This document shows positions 35,301-48,282 of a DNA stretch of 64,000 bases, in pieces. The DNA lies in NCBI RefSeq assembly GCF_011386835.1, contig NC_088794.1, forward strand, positions 3,782,001 to 3,846,000, read 5' to 3'. Position numbers and translations under genes: made by a program. This DNA comes from Chrysemys picta bellii. Its lineage: Eukaryota. Within the stretch, counting starts at the first letter, position 1, and each line of letters begins with the position of its first letter. Under the pieces are notes generated by a model, which saw nothing but the letters and a program-made list of their open reading frames with translations, made no database searches and was not told where the DNA came from.

Positions 35301-36989
35301 CACTAAGTGGTTATTGTTCCTAAACAAAATACATACGGTATTATCACCGCCCAGCTCTGAGGGCAGCGTCGTTGCCAGCAGCAATGCAGAAGTAAAGGTG
35401 GCAAACTGGCCACGCGGTGCTCAATCTGCCGTGCAAGGTGTTATTGACAACGTTTCTCCACGCCCCCTCCCCACCGGATAAAACAGCAACTATTTTAAAA
35501 ACGAACTTTTCTGCTCATAAGAATCCTTTGATAAAACTGTTTTATAGTCTTAATTTAAAAGCCGCAAGAAAAGGGAAATTCATTGTAAACAATGGGGATA
35601 TAAATTTAACATAGAAAATAGTGTTACGTATAAAAAAAGTGTGTCATTTATACAGGGATTCGCGCTTCGAGGCGGGCTGTCTGTATGGGGTCGTCAATAC
35701 AAGAAGTTTGAGTGGCAGGAACCGGGAGGAATCTGGAGTCAGGTTAAAAAAACAACAAGACATTCTCCACCTGGAGTCTCCACCTTTGGGTGGCTTCCAA
35801 TGCGGCCTGGAAGCCAGTTAATATGAGACAATCCTGATCACTAACGGGCTCTTGGATCAGGCAGAGGAAGAACCAACGGCCTGACGTTAAAGCCAGGCAA
35901 ATTCCCATCATTGATACTGAACAGCTCGGGTGATTAAGCACTGGAACACACACCTAAGGGAAGGGGAGGTTTCACCATTTCTGGTTAGCTTCCAATCAAG
36001 ACAGGAGACCTTCCTGGAAGACACTTTAACCAAACACAAGTTACGGGACTAAACACGGGAGGAAGTCGGTGAAATGTGATGCCCTGGGCTACACAGGAGG
36101 TCAAACCAGATGATCTAATGGTGACTTCTTGCCCTTAGAATCTATGACTCATCCGTCGGTGGAAATGTAAGATCCACAGAGCAGCTAGGACAATTCGCTG
36201 CAGAGAACAAGACCCCCCAAAATGCTAAAGGATGGACGTGGGAGCCCAGAGGGAATTTCAACCACTGGCAGCTAACTAATCACTAACACATAACAAGCAT
36301 AATGGATTACAATTATAATTCATAGAACTCTTAATAATAATTTCTGTAGATTTTATCTAGCGCTTTCCAGCAGCAGATCTCAAAGTACATTACAAAGAAG
36401 GCCAAAATAATTATCAAATAGAAATTAATTAATTATTCAATAATAATAATAAATAACAGCAACTAGGAATTAACAGATCTGATTGAAAATCTTCCAACAC
36501 TACATTTTTGTTGTCTGTCGGGACACTCCATGTTGTTGCAAGCGCAGCCGACCATGGGAATGTCTCCATTTCAATAACGTTTTGTTTTGAACAGCACATC
36601 AAAAGGCAGCAAAACAAGCTCAAAATCTTCCACGTAGCGAGATTTCGGAGGGAAGTTTCTCATTTGTTTTTTGATTTCATTTGGAAATGTCGTTGATAGG
36701 ATCTGTTTCAAGTCCATCGAAATGGCTTGTTCCCATTTTGACTTTTTAAGAAATGTGACGAGAATTCTAAAAAGAAATAGAAAACACTAGATAAATATAA
36801 ACCAGCAAACGACGGCAAATAAACTATAAAGCAATAAATAATTGGGAAATGAACAATGCAAATGATAGAACGACAGAAACTAATGATAGGCAAGTAATAC
36901 GGAACTTACAATATAATAAAGAACTGGGAAATACAAATAATAGAAAAATATAAACCAGTAACTGACACCTAATAAACTTTGTCTTTATG

Positions 36990-37310
36990 TTTCTACACCT
37001 GCAGGCGCATGGAGCATCCACCAGTTTCCACCTATTATTCCAGTCTTGCTCTGGTCTGCTCAAGCATCTGAGTATCATGTGGATGGATCTGGCTTTTTCC
37101 TCTCTTGGTCGCCCTCTTTTCCTGTTTCTGGGGATGTCCATCTTAGCCCTTGCCATGGACCTCGTGTTGATGGTCCTAAATATATCCATCACCTTCTTCT
37201 TCGTCTGTCTGATACGTCACATTGGTTTGCTCTGCTTAAAATTTTGGATGTTGCAAGAATCTCTCTCTTTCCAGTGGTCTTTGATGATCTTACAAACCAA
37301 CCCATAACTA
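36990..37310 (-). mobile_element. Ancient RTE-like LINE 3' coding remnant
   Basis: Fragments RRRR*WIYLG and MDIPRNRKRGRPRE...NRWKLVDAPCA resemble the RTE/RTE-X ORF C-terminus (RRW.WIGH...GKRKRGRP...RWR.LVDALC). Confidence 0.55.
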
Positions 37311-37873
37311 GAAAATAACCAATCCAAATCAGAGACAAAAATCTACTCATAACTGACAACTAATTAATATGAATGCAATAAATAATTAGGAAATAACCCG
37401 TATAAGGTATAGATACATACAAACTAATAAATCGCAGCTAATCAATAAATGATAAAACAAAGACTAGTTAGGACGTAACCAATACAAGTTACAGAGAAAT
37501 AGAAACCAATACATAATATTGAATAAATATATTACAAACCATAAATAATTACAAAGTAACAAATATGAATAATAGATAAATATAAAATTATAACTGACAG
37601 CTAATAAATATATTAAAAACAATAAATTGCTAGGAAATAAGAAACCCAAATGACAGATCAATAGAAACCAATAAATGACAGCTAATAAGTCTGTTACAAA
37701 AAATAACTAGGAAATTATCACTAATAAGTGGCAGCTAATAAATATGTTACAAAACAATAAATAAGAAAATTAATTAATAGCTTGAAAATAGAGGATTAAC
37801 TAATGAATGACAACTAATACATATATTACAAAACAATAAATAGTTAGGAAATGAGAAAAACAAATAATGCACC

Positions 37874-38007
37874 GGGGGAGGGATAGCTCTGTGGTTTGAG
37901 CATTTAGGGATGTGGGGCAAAAATCTGTCTGGGGATTGGTCCTGCTTTGAACAGGGGGTTGGACTAGATACCTCCTGAGGTCCCTTCCAACCCTGACATT
38001 CTATGAT
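37874..38007 (+). mobile_element. Tortoise Pol III/SINE with internal deletion
   Basis: GGGGGAGGGATAGCTCTGTGGTTTGAGCA...GGTCCCTTCCAACCCTGACATTCTATGAT. Confidence 0.75.
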
Positions 38008-38818
38008 TAGCTGTTATGTATTAGTTTATCTTTTATAAAACAATAAATAGCTAGGAAATAAAAAAAATGATAGATAAATGTAAATGAATAAATAAGAGCT
38101 AATAAATATATTACCAAACAATAAATAACTAAGAAATAAATAATTGTTAAATATGATCTAATAAACATTATTAAAATCAAATACAAATAATAAATAACCA
38201 TAAACTAATAAATTACAACTAATAAAGACATTACAAAATAATACATCGCTAGGAAATAATCAATGCAAATAATAGACAAATATAAATTAATAAATGACAA
38301 CTGATGAATAAATTACAAACCAATAACTAGCTATTTACTAAGAAATACATTTCACAGACAAAAGTACTAGATAATAGTCATCAAGAGCTAGAATCAAATA
38401 CAGTGACTTTCAACCTTTTTTTATTTGCAGACCCCTAAACAATTTCAAAAGGACGTGTCTTTGGGAATCCTAGACAGAGTCGGCGGACCCCCAGGGGTCT
38501 GCAGATCACCGGTTGAAAACCACACCTCTATGGTAATGACAACTTTTCGCAGACCCCTTAGACATAGTCTGCAGATCCCAAGGGGTCTGTGGATGACCGG
38601 CTGAAATCATTTCCATGTTCCTAAATAATCATATGCCACACAGCTCTCATCTAGTGCCGGGGGCAATGCATTATGTCCAACCAGGGATGTAGTTATTTAA
38701 TGACTGATATCTCAGCCACGAGCTTGATGTCTGAGCACAAAATAAGCCAGAGCGGTAGGACCCCAACAGACAGCTAAGAAAGAAAAGTGCAAAAACAATA
38801 GAGAGCACTACTAAAGAA

Positions 38819-38914
38819 GTAGCATCTGAAGAAGTGAGGTTCTTACCCACGTTAGCTTATGCTCCCAATACTTCTGTTAGTCTCAAAGGTGCCACAGGAC
38901 CCTCTGTTGCTTTT
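38819..38914 (+). mobile_element. Short Penelope-like terminal fragment with a 10-bp TSD
   Basis: Same sequence as the 44422-44592 arms; TACTAAAGAA at 38809-38818 and 38915-38924. Confidence 0.65.
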
Positions 38915-40239
38915 TACTAAAGAAAGATTGGCTAAGAAATAGCTATCAGATAGAAACACCAATAGCTAGCTTGTCTTTCTTTAGAAGCACTAAGAAATCA
39001 AACAGCAATAACAATAGACAGAGCTATTAACAAAATATCAGCTAAGAAATACAAATACCGCAACCCAGAAAAATCAATAGCTCGTTCTTATTAGGAAAGA
39101 TCAGTGAAGAAATAAAGTGCTAATAAAGAATTAACAGCTAATAAGTAAAATAAACTAACCGTCACATAACAAAAACACTGGATGGTGCTCATAAAGAAGG
39201 AATAACTAGTAAAGAAAAATAAATAACTATCCGATAACAAATGCCAGAGATGTGCTAATACAGATAACAAATAAAAAATAAGCATCAAATAGCAAAATAC
39301 AGACAAACAACTAGATAACTAGAAACAAAAAGAAATTGTCAAAAAAAGAAATACAGTAACCAGCAAATAATAATTCATAACAATACAAAGTAACAAACAG
39401 CGTAGCAAAGAACAAATGCAAATAATAACTCGATGTAAGCTAAACAACAAGTGGCAAGTGTAGAAAACAATAGCTCATGTAGACATGTCCCAAAAGTAAA
39501 CCAATACGTTTACAGAACACTAGCTAATTCATAAATGTCACAAAAACAAACACATCAATAACAAAGAATAGGAAATACATAGGTCAAGCTATTGACTAAT
39601 AAATAACTTTCACAAGAGTAAAATAATAACAAAAACAATAGGCTTTCTTAATAAAGAATGACAATCTAATAAATAAATACCATTTTAAATCCCTAATGGC
39701 AAAAATAGATAAGAATGCCAAGCAATAACTAACTAGAAATTAAATCAAAACCTAGAAAACACAAATAACTATGAACTACATTTCACAGTAACAAATAAAT
39801 AACACAAATAGATAGGACTAATAAAGAAAGACCAACAAATAAATAAACAACAAAAAATACCTATCAAAGAGCAATCATAGGTAAAAATTAAGTAATACAT
39901 TACTAGAAAGAAAAAACTAATCAAAAATATATAAGTAGCAAACTTATAAATACCTAAGAAGTAAAAATAGACAAACTAATAAGTAACTATGTAGCTAATA
40001 AAAATAAATATTTAGTTCTTAACTTGTAGATACAAGCCAAGTATCATCAATAGATCTCAAAGCACATTTTATTAAATAAAATCATATCTTTACATATAAC
40101 GACTAGAGAGGTAACAGCACCAAACAAATAACTAGCAAATAAACATTGACAACTGAGACCTCAAGAGGTGGCTTCATTGGAGGTGTATAAGTAATCACCA
40201 TATTGTACATCAATAATCTAGAACAATCTTATTCGTCAT

Positions 40240-40720
40240 TAGGTGTATTACGGTAATACCAGCCACGGAAGCAGGACCCCCTTGGGTCAGGCGTGGAGCA
40301 CTAGGTATTAGGTTATTATGGTTGCACCTAAAAGCAGCAGTCAGACTACGGCCCCATGGTGCCAGGCACTGTATAGTATTTATTAGGTGTATTACGGTGG
40401 CGCCTAGGAGCCGCAGTCATGGACCACAAGCCCATTGCGCCAGGCGCTGTACACACACACACACCATCCCTGCCCCAATCTGTGTATACGACAAAAGACA
40501 CCAGATAGAGGCAGACAGACAGAGGACCACAAGGAAACCATGGTCAAGAGTGAGCTGTGGTCACCAGCAGCCGCACTGTTGTCAGCATCACGCATAGGTG
40601 AGTTTTGAAGAGGGATTTGGAGGCGGAGATTGTGGCAGGTGTGCGGATGTTTATGAGAGCTCCAGCCAATTTTTGGGAAGAGGCCAGGTCTACAGCAGGA
40701 GGTCGGCAAAGATGGAAGAC
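40240..40720 (-). mobile_element. Probable old L2-type LINE 3' remnant
   Basis: GTATTACGGTGGCGCCTAGGAGCCGCAG...GCGCTGTAC and GAGGGATTTGGAGG...GATGTTTA resemble reptile L2 tails (recognition from memory only). Confidence 0.4.
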
Positions 40721-41049
40721 ACCCCCAACCGGGCTACAAATGATGCAAACTATGTCACTGACAACAACCAAATCAAAGGCAATTAATAAAACAGGTAATG
40801 AACCGCTAATAATAAATACATTATTTTTCATGTGTTTCTTACCAAGCATTATTTATTTGCCACAATTAACGTATTATCTAGTTCCTCTTCTTTATTACGA
40901 AGAGAAGGAAGAGACAATAGATCACACATGAATTGCAACAGAGAAATAGCAAAGAAACGAGATGCAGGGTAGGAAACCCATGAAAAATGAAAACCACTCA
41001 TGGAGAAATTTTAAATTACGATTTGAGTAGAGTAGATATAGGTTGAAGA

Positions 41050-41241
41050 TACACCGCTACCTTGACATAACGCCACCCGATATAACACGAATTCGGATAT
41101 AACGCGGTAAAGCAGTGCTCCGGGGGGGCGGGGCTGTGCACTCCAGTGGATCAAAGCAAGTTCAATATAACGCGGTTTCACCTATAACGCGGTACGTATT
41201 TTTGGCTCCCAAGGACAGCGTTCTATCAGGGTCGAGGTGTA
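41050..41241. mobile_element. Tc1/mariner-type MITE with TA target duplication
   Basis: TA|CACCGCTACCTTGACATAACG ... CGTTCTATCAGGGTCGAGGTG|TA imperfect TIRs and internal ATATAACG repeats. Confidence 0.75.
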
Positions 41242-41921
41242 TAATAATAAGTTATAAAAGAAGACATAGTGCATGAAAGGAAAAACAAACACACAGCAAA
41301 GAGCACGGGGCTATAATTTATCAGAAGCGCATCGATGTTTAAGTTCTAACACTATATTATCACAAATAAATAAGAAATGCAGGAAAAGAAAAACAAGGTA
41401 CCTAAGTAACACGCGACAACGAACTGGAAATTATTGTTTATTATTAAAGTGGGTAAGGTATAATATTACATTATAAACAAACAAGGCCAAAAGACAAAGC
41501 TCACCACCACTGGAAACAAGTCAACGAATAAAGGTCAATACATATGCAAGAAAAGCAAACAGCGACGCTACCAAAGGGTGTGTGTGGACCCGCTGGTCTG
41601 TTGCAAGGCCCTACCTGATTTCACCTCAAAAGCATCTCAGCCTTGCAACAGTTTCCTGCCAGGGGGCTGACTTGCCCGGCCTGCTCAGGGCACCGTCAGA
41701 GGGATAATTACAGGGACGTTTAGTGCCTCCAAGGCTCTGTGCCTGGAAAACACTGCTGGGGGGCGCTGTAACCCGGGCAGCCTGGCGCATGCCGGACCGC
41801 AAGCAGGGCGTGAGCTGTGGCACGAAGAGCGACGATGTTTATGTGATTGGACTCAGGGAGTTATGTAAAGATGAGCATTTGCCTCTGCTGAATGTGAACA
41901 GGTTTAAAGCAGTGTGAGCAG

Positions 41922-41939
41922 CACTGCCCCCTGCTGGCC
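41922..41939 (-). promoter_or_regulatory. Candidate CTCF motif (reverse)
   Basis: Minus strand GGCCAGCAGGGGGCAGTG is a full consensus match. Confidence 0.4.
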
Positions 41940-41945
41940 TTCAAT

Positions 41946-42430
41946 AGAACCCAGGAGTCCTGGCTCCCAGCCCCTGCTCGCTCTAACCCACCAGAATCCA
42001 CTCCCCTGCCAGAGCTGGGGAGAGAACCCAGGAGTCCTGGCTCCCAGCCCCCCCTGCTCTAACCACTAGACCCCACTCCCTTCCCAGAGCTGGGGAGAGA
42101 ACCCAGGAGTCCTGGCTCCCAGGCCCCCCCTGCTCTAACCACTAGACCCCACTCCCTTCCCAGAGCTGGGGAGAGAACCCAGGAGTCCTGGCTCCCAGCC
42201 CCCCCTGCTCTAACCACTAGACCCCACTCCCCTCCCAGAGCTGGGGAGAGAACCCAGGAGTCCTGGCTCCCAGCCCCCCCCCTGATCTAACCACTAGACC
42301 CCACTCCCTTCCCAGAGCTGGGGAGAGAACCCAGGAGTCCTGGCTCCCAGCCCCCCCCTGATCTAACCACTAGACCCCACTCCCTTCCCAGAGCTGGGGA
42401 GAGAATCCAGGAGTCCTGGCTCCCAATTCT
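41946..42430 (-). repeat. 75-bp tRNA/MIR-head tandem array (about 6 near-perfect units)
   Basis: GAGAACCCAGGAGTCC recurs at 42022, 42097 and onward at a 75-bp period. Confidence 0.92.
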
Positions 42431-43091
42431 AACCACTGGCTACCGCAGCTTGACATCAGCCAGTCTATTTTCATCTTACTCCAATAGACTTGGTATTGGG
42501 TTCAGGGTAAGAGGTGATGTGTGTCAGCCAGAAAGAAAAGCAATAATCACTAATAACAACAATGAAACATGAGGTGTATCAAAATGGACAGCCCCATTTC
42601 TTCCCCGGTGACTCACCCCCTCCAAGCCATGCAGCCCTGGCTGACTCATCAAACAGAGCTTTGAAATTCCCATGGGGATTAGTAGGAGAGATCACACTCG
42701 CGTTCACTATAGGACTGCCTGGAGACCACTGCCATGGGCACTGCACAGACCCTCTGACTGACGGGACTGCTGAGGTGTCAGCTGCAGGGTGTGAAAGGGA
42801 GATGGGACTATCCCCAGCTCTGGGTGGGGAGTGGGGTCTAGTGGTTAGAGCGGGGGGGGGGGCTGGGAGCCAGGACTCCTGGGTTCTGTCCCCAGCTCTG
42901 GGAGGGGAGTGGGGTCTAGTGGGTTAGAGCAGGGGGGCTGGGAGACAGGACTCCTGGGTTCCATCCCTGGCCAAGAGAGGAAGGGAGATCTGGTAGCTCA
43001 GCGCTTGGGTCCGGGAACTGGGTACCAAGGTTAATTCGCTCTGTTCCCCAGTGCCCGAGCTATTCCCAAGCATTGCAGTGCGGGTCCTAAG

Positions 43092-43105
43092 CCACAAGGG
43101 GGCAG
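43092..43105 (+). promoter_or_regulatory. Candidate CTCF motif (forward)
   Basis: CCACAAGGGGGCAG, one mismatch to the core consensus. Confidence 0.3.
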
Positions 43106-44383
43106 CTAAGGCACAGCGATGGGAACAAGTGGCTACCGGTGAGCTGAACAGGATGGGCTCCCTCGAACTTATCTGGCGCTGAGATGCAGCCGCCTCTGGG
43201 GAGGAGCAGCTGGGGAACAGCTGCACATAACACCGCATGGGGAGGGCTCCCCTGGCGCTGAGATGATGCAGCTGCCTCTGCATTCCAATCTGAATTCCAG
43301 CTAGGACTCCTGGGTTCACACCCTAACCTTAAATGGCTTCTGTCCCACACAATTAGGGCTATCAAAATGCATTTACGGAGTTATACGTGTGTTTGTCTAA
43401 ACCTGCGAGCCTGCCCTGGGCACATCCATAAAATCTCAGTAATAAAACAATCAGCAACAGAAAATAAGTGGAAGCATCGTAGAGACAAATTGTGTCTGTT
43501 TCTCTTTGGCTGAGGCGCTAATGAGGTTACCGGGCGGGGAGGGGAAGCTGGAAGGCAAGACGCTTGGATTCTAGTCAGCTGCCACATTTCACCATTAAAT
43601 CAGTAAAGTTTGCATTCTTGGCTCCCAGCCCCCCCTGCTCTAACCACTAGACCCCACTCCCCTCCCAGAGCCAGGGATAGAACCCAGGAGTCCTGGCTCC
43701 CAGCCCCCCACTAGATCCTAGAGCCCTGCACAAGCGTATTGTTTTAATCTCACTCCCACTCGCACCAACCTGAGAGCCAGCAAATCCTGCACGAGGGACA
43801 GATTCCCCCACGCTACCAACAAAAAAAGTCGGTTCATATATTACAGATATAAACAGAATTCAGCCACATTGTTTACCACTAAAAGAATAAAACTACTCTT
43901 GCTTAAACCATGTAAAAAAAAAAAAATACTTCCACTCCTGGTCTAAAAATAGACAAATCTCTTTCTACCCCTCACTTCCATTTAAGGATTAAACCTTTTA
44001 TTTAAAAAAGGAAAACGGGCTTTGCAGTGCTGAAATTCTGTTTGTGACAAACTGACGAGAGATTGCCCACGAATTCCCGCCGTCTGGGGGGTTTTGCCCA
44101 CCCAATCCTGCCCGCAACAAAGTACACTTTCCCAGCTCCCGCTATTACTGCACCAGGAGCCATGGGACCCCAGTCCCACCACCGGGCTCGACTAGACCCC
44201 TCTCCCTGAGCCGGGGCTTTTCCTGACTCCCAGGCTCTGAAATAGAACCTGCCCATGTGCTTGTAAATGCTACGCTCCGTTGAAATCCTGACATTCAAAG
44301 CCATGGAATCCAGGCGCTTCTCCAACAATTCCTAAGACGGTTGGACCAAGCTGACCTGGAAGCGTGACATTTTTGATTGAAGT

Positions 44384-44592
44384 ATCAGAGGGGTAGCCGT
44401 GTTAGTCTGAATCTGTAAAAAGCAACAGAGGGTCCTGTGGCACCTTTGAGACTAACAGAAGTACTGGGAGCATAAGCTTTCGTGGGTAAGAACCTCACTT
44501 CTTCAGATGCAAGAAGTGAGGTTCTTACCCACGAAAGCTTATGCTCCCAGTACTTCTGTTAGTCTCAAAGGTGCCACAGGACCCTCTGTTGC
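44384..44592. mobile_element. Penelope-like insertion with a perfect 82-bp inverted repeat and a 15-bp TSD
   Basis: Arms 44422-44503 and 44511-44592 are exact reverse complements around a 7-nt spacer; ATTTTTGATTGAAGT at 44369-44383 and 44593-44607. Confidence 0.8.
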
Positions 44593-45649
44593 ATTTTTGA
44601 TTGAAGTGTGTCGCTAACCCCCGAAAGGTGTTGCAGAGATGGGCGCTCATCCAGCCACAACCACACCCCAGGAGCGGAGGACGGGACAGATGGGTAAATT
44701 AAGCACTGAGAGAAGGCTGCCTTGCCAGGGGCACGTGGTGAGTGAATGGTAGGGTGTGGATTGGAAGGCAGGAGCCTAGTCTCCCAGACCTATCTGTATT
44801 AACTATTAGACTTCTATCCCTGCCCGGGCTGGGGAGAGAACCCAGGAGTCCTGGCTCCCAGCCCCACTGCTCTAGCCCACTAGACCCCCTCCCAGAGCCA
44901 GGAAAAGAACCCAGGAGTCCTAGCTCCCAACCCCACTGCTCTAGCCCACTAGACCCCACTCCCTCCTAGAGCCAGGGACAGAACCCAGGAGTCCTGGCTC
45001 CCAGCACCCCCTGCTCTAACCACTAGGCCCCACTCCCCTCGCCGAACTGAGAATAAATCATTGTAGTCAGTGGATCTAAAGTCCAAATCAAGGCGATGAC
45101 AATAATTACTTTTAAAAACAGGCCCTAAACTAATAGAGCAGTTAGATTAATTTATGAGGTGCCCAGATGTTACTATCAACAGAGATAATTAGGTTATTTT
45201 AGTTTATGGAGTAACAGATTAAATTGGATTGGATTAGAACAGGAATATTTTAGATTAGAGGAGATAAGATTAAATTGGGGTCGTTCAGAATAGATAAAAT
45301 TAAATCATAGAGGTAGAAATGATAGAATGCAGATTAGATCAGGAAAGACAGAATCGAGCACAGTTTAGTTTAAGAAAGATGTAGCAAGTGGAAGATAATT
45401 TTAGTTAGAAATTAGATTAAACTCAATTAGAAGAGAAATTGATGGACAGTTTGGATAAGAAATCCAACAGGACAGGAGCTAGGTGAATGAAGCACTGTGA
45501 TAGTTGAATAGGTAGATATTACATTAGTAACTAGGCAGATGAGTTCCAGCTCGGTTAGATATGATTTTCAGAGGTTTACATCAGATTTTTTTAAACTCAG
45601 ATTAGAATACATTAAGAAAGCATCATATTTGATTAGATTTTCAGACAGT

Positions 45650-45790
45650 CAGATTAGATTAGATTAGATTAGATTAGATTAGATTAGATTAGATTAGGAA
45701 AGGCTCAGGTTAGAAGATATTATGTTACCAGAGCATCATGTTAGATTAGATTAGATTAGATTAGATTAGATTAGATTAGATTAGATTAGG
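45650..45790. repeat. (TTAGA)n pentanucleotide microsatellites within a degenerate TTAGA-rich tract
   Basis: Two perfect runs at ~45650-45696 and ~45742-45789. Confidence 0.95.
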
Positions 45791-45922
45791 AGAGGCTCAA
45801 ATTAGTATAGATTAGGTATCCAGGGGATATTATTAGATTAGATGAGATTAGCAGAGACGTTTTGGAGTAGAACGTTCATATTAGGAGGGACAAGGTAAGG
45901 AAATTAGACTTGAAATTAAATG

Positions 45923-46491
45923 AAGGTTTCTAACTCTTAGAGGAGTGAAGTTCTGGAACAGCCTTCCAAGGGGAGCAGTGGGGGCAAAAGACACATCTGG
46001 CTTCAAGATTAAGCTTGATACATTTATGGAGGGGATGGTGTAATGGGATAGCCTCATTTTGGCAATTAATTCGTCTTTGACTATTAGTGGTAAATATGCC
46101 CAATGGTCTGTGATGGGATGTTAGCTGGGGTGGGATCTGAGTTACTACAGAGAATTCTTTCCTGGGTGTCTGGCTGGTGAGTCTTGCCCACATGCTCAGG
46201 GTTTAGCTGATCGCCATATTTGGGGTCGGGAAGGAATTTTCCTCCAGGGCAGATTGGCAGAGGCCCTGGAGGTTTTTCGCCTTTCTCTGCAGCGTGGGGC
46301 ACAGGTCACTTGCTGGAGGAGTCTCTGCACCTTGAGGTCTTTAAACCACGATTTGAGGACTTCAATAACTCAGACAAAGGTCAAGCGTTTGTTACAGGAG
46401 TGGGTGGCTGAGATTCTGTGGCCTGCGTCATGCAGGAAGTCAGACTAGATGATCATAATGGTCCCTTCTGACCTTAAAGTCTATGAGTCTA
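45923..46491 (+). mobile_element. CR1 LINE 3' end
   Basis: GTGAAGTTCTGGAACAGCCTTCCAAGGG (..WNSLP..) through ATGGTCCCTTCTGACCTTAAAGTCTATGAGTCTAT tail. Confidence 0.85.
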
Positions 46492-47739
46492 TAAATATCA
46501 GATTTAGGAGGGAAAGGTCAGGTAATCAGAGTGACGGGCACAGAGATTAGGGCGGACAGATTAAATTAGATTAGGTTAGGAGATTGGCAGGCAGATGGGA
46601 GCCGTTGTCACTGACACAGAACTCACCTGGGGAGGCTTGAGTTACCCTCCTCAGACATCCAGGGCATCTCAGAGAAGCAGGCACGCAGACCAGCGTGGGC
46701 GGGAGGAGGAACTGGGCTAACTGCCAGAGTGGCATGCCTGGCATGGGTGGGAGTGTGGGTGGAGTAAACAACAAGAGCTAGGACCAGTCTCGGCACTGTC
46801 GGAGCAGTGGGAAAACTGAGCCTTGAAGATCAAATGGGACCATACCATTTCCAATCCACTCTGCTCTGCTCCCTTGGCAGCTGGAGGTCCCCTCGGAAGA
46901 GCAAGAGACGTTTCAGAATGAAAGGGTTTTGTGCAGAGCCTAGCCCCATGGGGTAACAATCCATCTCCAGGCATTGGAGGTGATACCACAATACAGAGAG
47001 TAAGACAGGAAGGTCCAAGCTGCTGAAATTTAACTCAAAATGTGTTTCTCCCAAGTGCATTTTGGTCATTTGAGTTAAATAATAGTAATCACCCTGATTA
47101 TAGGTCAATACCAGCTCATTAATAATACCAGAAACATCTCTAGCGTGAGTTATCTTCAGTGCTCTACAAACCAGGTCACAAGCAATGAACCAGAGATCTT
47201 AGCTTCCAAACCGCCAGAGAGAGAGAGTTACAGAATCTGGTGAAAAATAATACATGCAGAGATTGGGTTTTTTTTCCCCCTGTCTCTGACCCAGGGGCCC
47301 CTCTAGCCCAGTCTCCCGGCTGGTTTAAGGGCAGGGGGCATGGTTGTTTAACCAAGAAAAACCTTTCACTGTCTGTCCCGGTGGGACAAACTCCAGGTGG
47401 TGGCGGATTCCACAGCTGTTGATTGCAGACTCTGGCCTGTGCTGGGAGCGACCCACTCAGGCCAAGGCCATCAGGGCCATATTCTGATCCCCGTGATCCC
47501 AGTGAAAATCCAGAGCTACCACCACGGGAGCCAACGGATTTAGAAATGGGGGGATAGTGGGGTTTTGTGGGAGCAATGATAGGTGATGGATAGAAGACAG
47601 ATGGCTGGTCAGCTGGCCCTACCACCCAGTCACCTATTACTATAGTGACCCTATTACTGTAATAAAATCCCAGCCTTGATCATTCATGGGTGTCCATCAG
47701 GGGCCCCAGTCTTGGGCAGGGTCTGCGCGGTGCCCAGCA

Positions 47740-48200
47740 TAATGGGAGGGAAGTGGGGTCTAGTGGTTAGACCGGGGGGGGGGCTGAGAGCCAGGACTCC
47801 TGGGTTCTCTCCCTGGCTCTGGGAGGGGAATGGGGTCGAGTGGTTAGAGTGGGGGGGGAGCTGGGATCCAGGACTCCTGAGTTCTCTCCCCATGTCTGGG
47901 AGGGGAGTGGGGTCTAGTGGGTTAGAGCAGGGGGGTGGCTGGGAGCCAGGTCTCCTGGGTTCTATCCCAGCTCTGAGAGGAGAGTGGGGGTTGGTGGGTT
48001 GGGGAGGAGGGGCGGGGAGCCAGGACTCCTGGGTTCTATCCCAGCTCTGGGATGGGAGTCGGGGCTAGTGGGTTAGAGCAGGGTGGGGGTGGTGCTAGGA
48101 GCCAGGACTCCTGGGTTCTATCCCAGCTCTGGGATGGGAGTCGGGGCTAATGGGTTAGAGCAGGGTGGGGGTGGTGCTAGGAGCCAGGACTCCTGGGTTC
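47740..48200 (+). repeat. 75-bp tRNA/MIR-head tandem array immediately upstream of the gene 5 promoter
   Basis: Repeated GGAGCCAGGACTCCTGGGTTCTATCCCAGCTCTGGG units. Confidence 0.85.
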
Positions 48201-48282
48201 TACCACACACAGGTTATAGCAACGCTTGGGATCCTCACCTGGAACGAGTTGGGCCGCTTTGTTCCCCGCCCTGCTCGTCTGG

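Noticed and set aside
41946-42430. CRISPR-like appearance of regular repeat arrays (75-bp and 61-bp units)
   Set aside because: Units are contiguous with no unique spacers, there are no cas genes, and the context is a vertebrate intron-exon genome.
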